Shown in pieces: positions 35,401 through 40,229 of a stretch of DNA of 40,229 nucleotides (positions are counted from its first letter, which is position 1; every line of letters starts with the position of its first letter). The notes under the pieces were generated by a model. The model was not told where the DNA came from. It ran no database searches and saw nothing but the letters and a program-made list of their open reading frames with translations. Source of the stretch: Deltaproteobacteria bacterium (GTDB lineage: Bacteria > JAEEML01); NCBI GenBank assembly GCA_016283195.1, contig JAEEML010000057.1, positions 1-40,229 of the forward strand, in the 5' to 3' direction. A program made the position numbers and the translations under genes.

Positions 35401-36457
35401 TTGATAGCCATAAGTCTTTGACATTTATCATCTTTCCGCCGTCCCAGCTGACTTCGCCGAAGATGTCGCCAAAGGGGCGGTGGACCACGGCCAGGTCGTT
35501 TACTTTGAGCTCGCCGCTTATGAGCTTTTTCTTTTGCGAATCGGCTACAAACTCAAAACTCATAAGGCCGTTAAAGGGCGGCAAATCAGGTATATAATGC
35601 TTTAATTCCGTGAGACTGGCACTTATTTTGCCTTTAGCCTGGTAGCGGGCCGGTTTGAGGTTTTCGAGCTCTAAAAAGCCGTTTAGGGAGATGCTTTCTT
35701 TATGCGCGCCGACTATATGTAAATTTTGCACATTTAGCGCTTCCGGCACGGGAAAGCCGCGAATGGTGGCGTTCATGCTTATTTCGTTTATTTCGAGAGA
35801 ATGGCCGTCAAAAGAGCCTTTTATGTCGCTGGTGCGCAGCCTGGTTAAATAATTTTGCGGCACATCTTCCATCCACACCAAATCAATATGGGGAATACTA
35901 AGGCCGCGTTTTTTACCGTGACTAATGGTAAAATTGCCATCAATAAGTTCGAGTTTATTTAGGCCAAGACGCATGAGGCGCCTGTTTAGGGCGGCTACCA
36001 GTTGCGGATTAAAGGGCGCTTCGCTGGCCCCATCGAGAGCACTGTCGTTAAGCTCCTCTTTTTCGGCCAGTTTTTCCATATTTATAGTGATATTGGGGCG
36101 ATTGAGTTTTAGCTCTTCAACCGCTATCTCGCCGGTTAAAATGAGGAGCCAGTTGGGGGTTATGGTCGCTCCGGCCGCTTCTACGGTAAAGCCGCCGGAT
36201 AAGTCGCTTAAGGTGAGGTGGTCAACCGAAGCGCCTAGCGGGTACCAATGTATTTGTAACTCTTTGAAATATAGGGCTAAATTAGCTTTTTCGTATAAAA
36301 GATAGCGCAGGCTGTTACGCAGCTCCGCCTGCACGGCCGGTTTTCTTATCAGCCAGGGCAGACTGATAACGGCCGCGATGATGGGCAATAATACTATATA
36401 GAGATAGCGCCTTTTTTGACGCACTATATACTCCAAAATACTAAAGTTTACGAACAA
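32465..36457 (-). CDS. tamB: Translocation/assembly module TamB-like (AsmA-family) protein
   Basis: N-terminal TM anchor; long beta-rich repeats (EGPLSDP, SGSLDAP); C-terminal ADLQLTGT, LEMEYSLT, GLDLQLKLEF; coupled to the Omp85 gene. Confidence 0.8.
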   Translation of the reverse strand: MFVNFSILEYIVRQKRRYLYIVLLPIIAAVISLPWLIRKPAVQAELRNSLRYLLYEKANLALYFKELQIHWYPLGASVDHLTLSDLSGGFTVEAAGATITPNWLLILTGEIAVEELKLNRPNITINMEKLAEKEELNDSALDGASEAPFNPQLVAALNRRLMRLGLNKLELIDGNFTISHGKKRGLSIPHIDLVWMEDVPQNYLTRLRTSDIKGSFDGHSLEINEISMNATIRGFPVPEALNVQNLHIVGAHKESISLNGFLELENLKPARYQAKGKISASLTELKHYIPDLPPFNGLMSFEFVADSQKKKLISGELKVNDLAVVHRPFGDIFGEVSWDGGKMINVKDLWLSNMIGEVMVNADISLTENFPITTQVTIGSFSLAPLLEVVPIDFVPIILEASGKANMRGNLWPFKISGEADLMDDTILVYGDNFRDPKARLGFYTPPLKVKGSLTITYKDIEFHNIPVRHPKGGILWTSGGLSWWDFYFYMRIRGEKVDLSHLAALVDLPWSGKGDMAVVIEGPLSDPEVSATLQMKEAGVLGLKADKADIALQYKDLVISLPSVNAKLGQGSFEGTYITDMHPDDHFIMDTTVTLQDLPLEKLMPQLAANNILTLPFDLKGAVNGDFAIHGPFNRLTGSIDLKTQEAVIASLPLNEVTVKSDLLGDGISAELTAHKKNSALNLSGSYLYEEENGFLKITSKNLDLSIFKENGLDIDGTADIAGTLEVNHGLGSGSVAIAAEDVKALKIDFGSLKMPITLEGTKLKISAISSQIGLAAAGELELSGPANPWQLAVKFTDLPYTKMLELEDFFGETSGEAQLKGQLNHFNSVYGEIALKAFRLGMEKAEVALSAPVTVRLKGRSLELPRTAFKGQGLNAALGGTLSFDGNLSLAFSGEAEAAILSAMFEEITQAEGKFKVSGSVSGSLDAPLIMGSGSLKGASLTLALLNNEPIQNINGQFTMGPQGLFIDSLKGELGGGTLIGSGTYTLDEGQFVPNFQLALKNIIINPLPGLNAALGGQLALTAADSQKYKLSGTILFNELSYTKDVTLDALLPSFARRPTIISNLETEEEWLALEVNLSAPKNMIINNNLVNGEFAADLQLTGTNARMGLLGVVHPLSAVVKYHNNTFTINQATIEFTQKYRIYPRVSLQLETVACSDNVSLNIEWEADKEKLLTASGKTSEGRDVPNEEVLRCLQFGFKSSTYDEYATANSDNANAYLPGSLELLTSLTGLDEKAKEVIPLPIDSFRLTSGYSKRTARTAPWVALDFRLTSQLHMGLSASLDEVSDQRLEMEYSLTERSKVGLSWQSASDVPVGDFGLDLQLKLEFQ

Positions 36458-36487
36458 ATAGGCCGCATAAAATACAAGCCTTTTTCT

Positions 36488-36516
36488 ATTCTACTCCTTA
36501 TTTAAGCTTTGGGCAA
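36488..36516 (-). promoter_or_regulatory. Putative sigma70 promoter of the tamB operon
   Basis: Minus strand TTGCCC-N17-TAGAAT. Confidence 0.5.
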
Positions 36517-36618
36517 TTAAGTAACCGCGAAAAAGCGCCATTTGCTTCTGAAAGAGTGCCAAAATCTTTACCGTTTCTTTAGTAGATGATATTTCCGCCT
36601 TGATGAGGTGCCCTTGGC

Positions 36619-38697
36619 ATGCGGATAAAAAATATTGTTAGAAAAATTGCTTTATACCTCCTCACCGGGGTTTTGGCTCTTTTGGCTTTCGGGCTTTTGC
36701 GCTGGCTTTTAAAAGAGCAAATCGGCTTTGACTGGCCCAAAGCCGTATCTTCCGGTTTTTGGCTGGGGATTCAATATGATGCCGGCGTTATCATCCTCAT
36801 TGCCGCCCTTGGCTTTTTATTATTTGGCATAATAGGTATTCCCAGGCGTCTTACCTGGCTTGGCGGTCTGGCATTTTTTTACGCTATAAGCGTGGCCGAT
36901 CTGCTCTATTTTACCCGCTTTGCTCAGCAGATGAATTGGTGGGTATTTAGATACCATCGTGTTGAAGTGGCCAATTTGCTCGTTGACAAATTGTCTATGC
37001 TGAGGCAGCCGGTGGGCGTGGCTTCGCTGATTGTTTTGGGCATAGCCGTTATTTTGCCGTTTATTATAAATTTTGAGGGCAAAGAGGCGGAAAGCATCTC
37101 CAAGGACCATTCTTATTTTAATGTGTTGGGGGCTTCTTTAACCGTTACTTTACTGCTTGGCAGCGTTTCCTGGGCCGCTTTTAATTACCCTAAATATGAG
37201 CAGGGGCGGGGCGGCGGTATTGCCAATTCGCTGGCTCTTTTGTGGCTTGGGCAAATCTTTGATTTTAATACCAATAATTATTCTGCGATAAAGCAAAGTA
37301 TAACTTCCGAGGAAGAAAGCGCTTTTTGGCAAAAAGCCGAGCTTTTGGCCCGTTATCGCTCTCTGCCGCCGGAGGGCGAATTTGCCGGCTACGAGGATAT
37401 ACCTTTGGAGCCGCCCCTTTTAGAGCCTAAAGAGAAGGAGTGGCCGCTTTGGGCAAAACTTTTAAAAGATGATAAATTTAGCTGCGAAATGCGTGAGCTA
37501 ATTGGCGTTTCATGCGAAAAAGATCTTAATATAATTGTTGTTTTTGCTGAAGCTTTGCGTGCTTTTGAATATCTAAAAAAAGATACGGCCACCTTTATTT
37601 TGCCTAAGACCAGCGCGCTTTTTAAAGAAAAAGCCCTTTTGTTTGCTGCGGCTTATTCGGAGGCTTTAAGTGCCGGGCAGGCGGCGAGAGCGCAGTTTTC
37701 CACCTCTTGTTCTCTGCTTTCCGATAATAATGCCGCGGCCACCTTTTTTACTCATACTACTTTGCGTGCGGCCTGCTTGCCGGAACTTTTGCATGATGCG
37801 GGTTATTTAACCGCCTTAATGACGGCCTATGATAGCAGCGCCGGTTCGATGCGGGCTTTTGAAATGCTCCATGGGACCGATCGCTTTTTTGATGAAGATT
37901 ACTATATTTCCCGCGGGGTTAGTGAGCGCATTGACTCTCGCGGTTTGGAAGATGGCCCTTTTTTGGCCGAAACGGTAAAGATTCTCGGAGAACTGGCTAA
38001 GGAGAATAAGCCGCTTTATGCCAATATCCACACTCTGCCGGCCTATTGGACCAGCAAGGCGGCCGTTGACGATCTTCCGGAAATTATTAGAAAACGAGGT
38101 GCCGGCCACCAAAAATATCTGGAATATTTGGCGCGCCTTAAAGCGCTGGACCAGGCTTTGGATCACTTTTTTACCGTCTTTTTCAGCTTGCCTATGGCCG
38201 ATAACAGCGTGGTTATTTTGCTGGGCGACCATAGCCCGGCCATTGAGCCTTATCACCAGCTGAGTGATTTGCAAAAGCAGGAGCTTACGCGGCGCATTCC
38301 TCTGGCCGTTATCACTAAAAATATGCCGCGGCCGCTACTTATTCCCTGGCCGGTGCAGCAAATTGATATAGCGCCCACAGTGGCTCGGCTCGCCAAAGCC
38401 GAAGGGGAGGTGGCCTGGCTGGGGCGGGGGCTTTTGGCGCGGCCCGGTTCGCCATTTATGGCTGATTTAAGTGCCAAAGATTTAAGTTTTCGCACCGGGC
38501 GGCGCGCTTGCTATACTCTTTTAAGGGAACAAAAAGTGGAGTGTTACCTTTTAAACGGCAAGGATCCGCTATTGGATGAGCTGGAAACGCCTTTGCCGCC
38601 AGATCAGGAATTCATTGATTATATAAGAGAATTTTATATAGCTATTGAGGAACTTATCGCGGCAAATAAAATTTACCCCTTAGGCGCGCGGCCGTAA
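36619..38697 (+). CDS. LTA synthase/sulfatase-family membrane protein
   Basis: About five N-terminal TM helices; NIIVVFAE, LPELL.DAGY.T, DQALD.FF, NSVVILLGDH, QIDIAPTV. Confidence 0.82.
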   Translation: MRIKNIVRKIALYLLTGVLALLAFGLLRWLLKEQIGFDWPKAVSSGFWLGIQYDAGVIILIAALGFLLFGIIGIPRRLTWLGGLAFFYAISVADLLYFTRFAQQMNWWVFRYHRVEVANLLVDKLSMLRQPVGVASLIVLGIAVILPFIINFEGKEAESISKDHSYFNVLGASLTVTLLLGSVSWAAFNYPKYEQGRGGGIANSLALLWLGQIFDFNTNNYSAIKQSITSEEESAFWQKAELLARYRSLPPEGEFAGYEDIPLEPPLLEPKEKEWPLWAKLLKDDKFSCEMRELIGVSCEKDLNIIVVFAEALRAFEYLKKDTATFILPKTSALFKEKALLFAAAYSEALSAGQAARAQFSTSCSLLSDNNAAATFFTHTTLRAACLPELLHDAGYLTALMTAYDSSAGSMRAFEMLHGTDRFFDEDYYISRGVSERIDSRGLEDGPFLAETVKILGELAKENKPLYANIHTLPAYWTSKAAVDDLPEIIRKRGAGHQKYLEYLARLKALDQALDHFFTVFFSLPMADNSVVILLGDHSPAIEPYHQLSDLQKQELTRRIPLAVITKNMPRPLLIPWPVQQIDIAPTVARLAKAEGEVAWLGRGLLARPGSPFMADLSAKDLSFRTGRRACYTLLREQKVECYLLNGKDPLLDELETPLPPDQEFIDYIREFYIAIEELIAANKIYPLGARP

Positions 38698-38714
38698 GTT
38701 TTTTGGCTACACTA

Positions 38715-40229
38715 TCAGCGCTGCCGCCCCAGCCCGCAGCTCTTGGCATTTAGGGGATCCTCCGGCCAAAAATGCTTGGGATAACGGCCAAAAAGCTCTT
38801 TTCTTACCATAGGATAGCTCTCGCGCCAAAAAGAGGGCAAATCAGCTGTTATTTGTGCCGGCCGGCCGCTGGGGGCTAAAAGCTCCAATAAAAGCGGCAG
38901 GCGACCGCGGGCAACAGCCGGGTGTTTACTTACCCCGTAGAGCTCCTGAATATGTACGGCCATGACGGCCACCGTTTTTTCGCCTTTTCTCTCATAACGA
39001 ATAGGGACTTTTTTGCCGCGCGGCAGAGTATATTCGCGCGGAAATTCGGCATCTAAAAGTTTCTTTTGTGGCCAGCTGAGCTTTTGGCCCATAAGGCTTA
39101 GCCAGGGTTTTTCCCTGAGCTCGGCAAAGGAAGAACATTCTGTGCACAAAGTGCATAACGTATCGGCGAATAAATCGGCATATTTGGGAAAATCTTCGCC
39201 GCCCAAAATGGTGGCGGCAAGCTCCAGGCGCAACTCGAATTCTTTAAGTTTATCAAGTGGTGCCAAACGCTCGGGGGCGCTCTTTTGGGCTGCCTGCCAA
39301 AGAGTGGCCGCTATTTTGTCTTTGCTCGCCTGGCCGCCCCGCTTGGTGGCGAGCTTTAGTGAGCCGCACATGGTGATGGTGTTAATGGTCACCGCTTCTT
39401 TGGCTTCGTCAAAAAGGTATTCTTCTTTAATTTGTAGCGCTTTAGGCACAAATTCCTGCAAATCCCTGATGGTGAGCGGCGCATAACGCTCTATAACGGC
39501 CCGGCTATGCTGCCCTTTTTCGCCCTCGCGGGCGGCTAAAACCAATAGCAACGGCGGATAATCCAGGAGAGCACTCTTGAGAAGGCGGCCACCGCGCCCG
39601 CTGGCCATGGTATAATCGTGCGAATTTGTTAAACTATTAACAGCTAAATTGTCCAAATAAGCCGGCAAAAGTAGTGATAAAAGAGCTTTTTCTGGTGCCT
39701 CAAAAGCCTCTTTTTCCAAGGTGGCGCGCGTAGTGCCTAAAAGAGTGAGTAACTGTTTGCGGGTTTTGATGAGTTCCTCGAGAGCGCTCTTCCCCAGGGA
39801 ATAGTGGCCAGCCATAGAGAGACTTTGGCCGCTTTTTTCCCACTTAAAGAGCAGCGAAAGCGGAGTGGCTATGTCACCCGGCAGATCGCCGGCGTGATCG
39901 GCTAAAATAATATCGCGGCCGGCTAAAAAAGCGGCCAGCGTGGCGCCAAGGTAAGGCATTTGGCGCTCTTTGGCCCGCGCTAAAACGAGCCCCAGGCGCG
40001 GCGGCAAGGGGTAAGCCGAAACTTCCCGGCCCAGAGTGGTGAGCCGCTGGCCATCCTGAGTTAAGAGCCCCATATTTATTAGAGAATTAATAGTATTTTC
40101 CCAGATTTCCCGCGGCGGCTCCTCCAAAAAAGGAAAATGACTATACCAGCCGGGCTGCATAGCGGCCATCCAGAGCAGCGGCTCGGCCGGGTTCATGGTC
40201 AAAAGTTCCGGCGGGCGGAAGGGGGGCAT
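38715..40229 (-). CDS. hrpB: ATP-dependent RNA helicase HrpB, C-terminal part (5' end outside the window)
   Basis: LT.LGR....PLPPRL, IQELYG, LELLAPSGRPAQITADLPSFWRESYP.VRKELFGRYPKH.WPEDP. Confidence 0.93.
   Translation of the reverse strand: MPPFRPPELLTMNPAEPLLWMAAMQPGWYSHFPFLEEPPREIWENTINSLINMGLLTQDGQRLTTLGREVSAYPLPPRLGLVLARAKERQMPYLGATLAAFLAGRDIILADHAGDLPGDIATPLSLLFKWEKSGQSLSMAGHYSLGKSALEELIKTRKQLLTLLGTTRATLEKEAFEAPEKALLSLLLPAYLDNLAVNSLTNSHDYTMASGRGGRLLKSALLDYPPLLLVLAAREGEKGQHSRAVIERYAPLTIRDLQEFVPKALQIKEEYLFDEAKEAVTINTITMCGSLKLATKRGGQASKDKIAATLWQAAQKSAPERLAPLDKLKEFELRLELAATILGGEDFPKYADLFADTLCTLCTECSSFAELREKPWLSLMGQKLSWPQKKLLDAEFPREYTLPRGKKVPIRYERKGEKTVAVMAVHIQELYGVSKHPAVARGRLPLLLELLAPSGRPAQITADLPSFWRESYPMVRKELFGRYPKHFWPEDPLNAKSCGLGRQR

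Overview
Bacterial chromosomal window from a diderm. The gene content (Cys-rich lipoproteins, FG-GAP giant protein, FAAL-ACP, SycD-like chaperone, lpxI) suggests a Myxococcota/deltaproteobacterial-type organism; this is an inference. About 1-3.8 kb is a visibly AT-richer accessory segment: DUF4417 gene, small Ntox37-like toxin, putative immunity gene, a repeat-containing coiled-coil protein and structured intergenic sequences. The rest is mostly envelope and housekeeping genes: rsmE, dapA, lpxI-lpxA-lpxD-skp without fabZ, tamB plus two Omp85 paralogues, an LTA-synthase-like protein and partial hrpB. The best find is absent from the ORF track: a 59-aa minus-strand ORF (6356-6535) with a good RBS, a KKPYVKPQI RiPP-type leader motif and a 4-Cys core. 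It is the last gene of an apparent three-gene operon with its own promoter: PqqD/RRE protein, then a 2292-aa Ig/FN3/FG-GAP surface lipoprotein, then the precursor peptide. The operon contains no maturase. Other leads are the DUF4417-toxin-immunity cassette with a structured leader, an orphan SycD/LcrH chaperone with a Met-rich partner, an RMT2/GAMT-like methyltransferase and a stand-alone FAAL-ACP facing the lipid A genes. All family calls come from motif recognition by eye, not from database searches.
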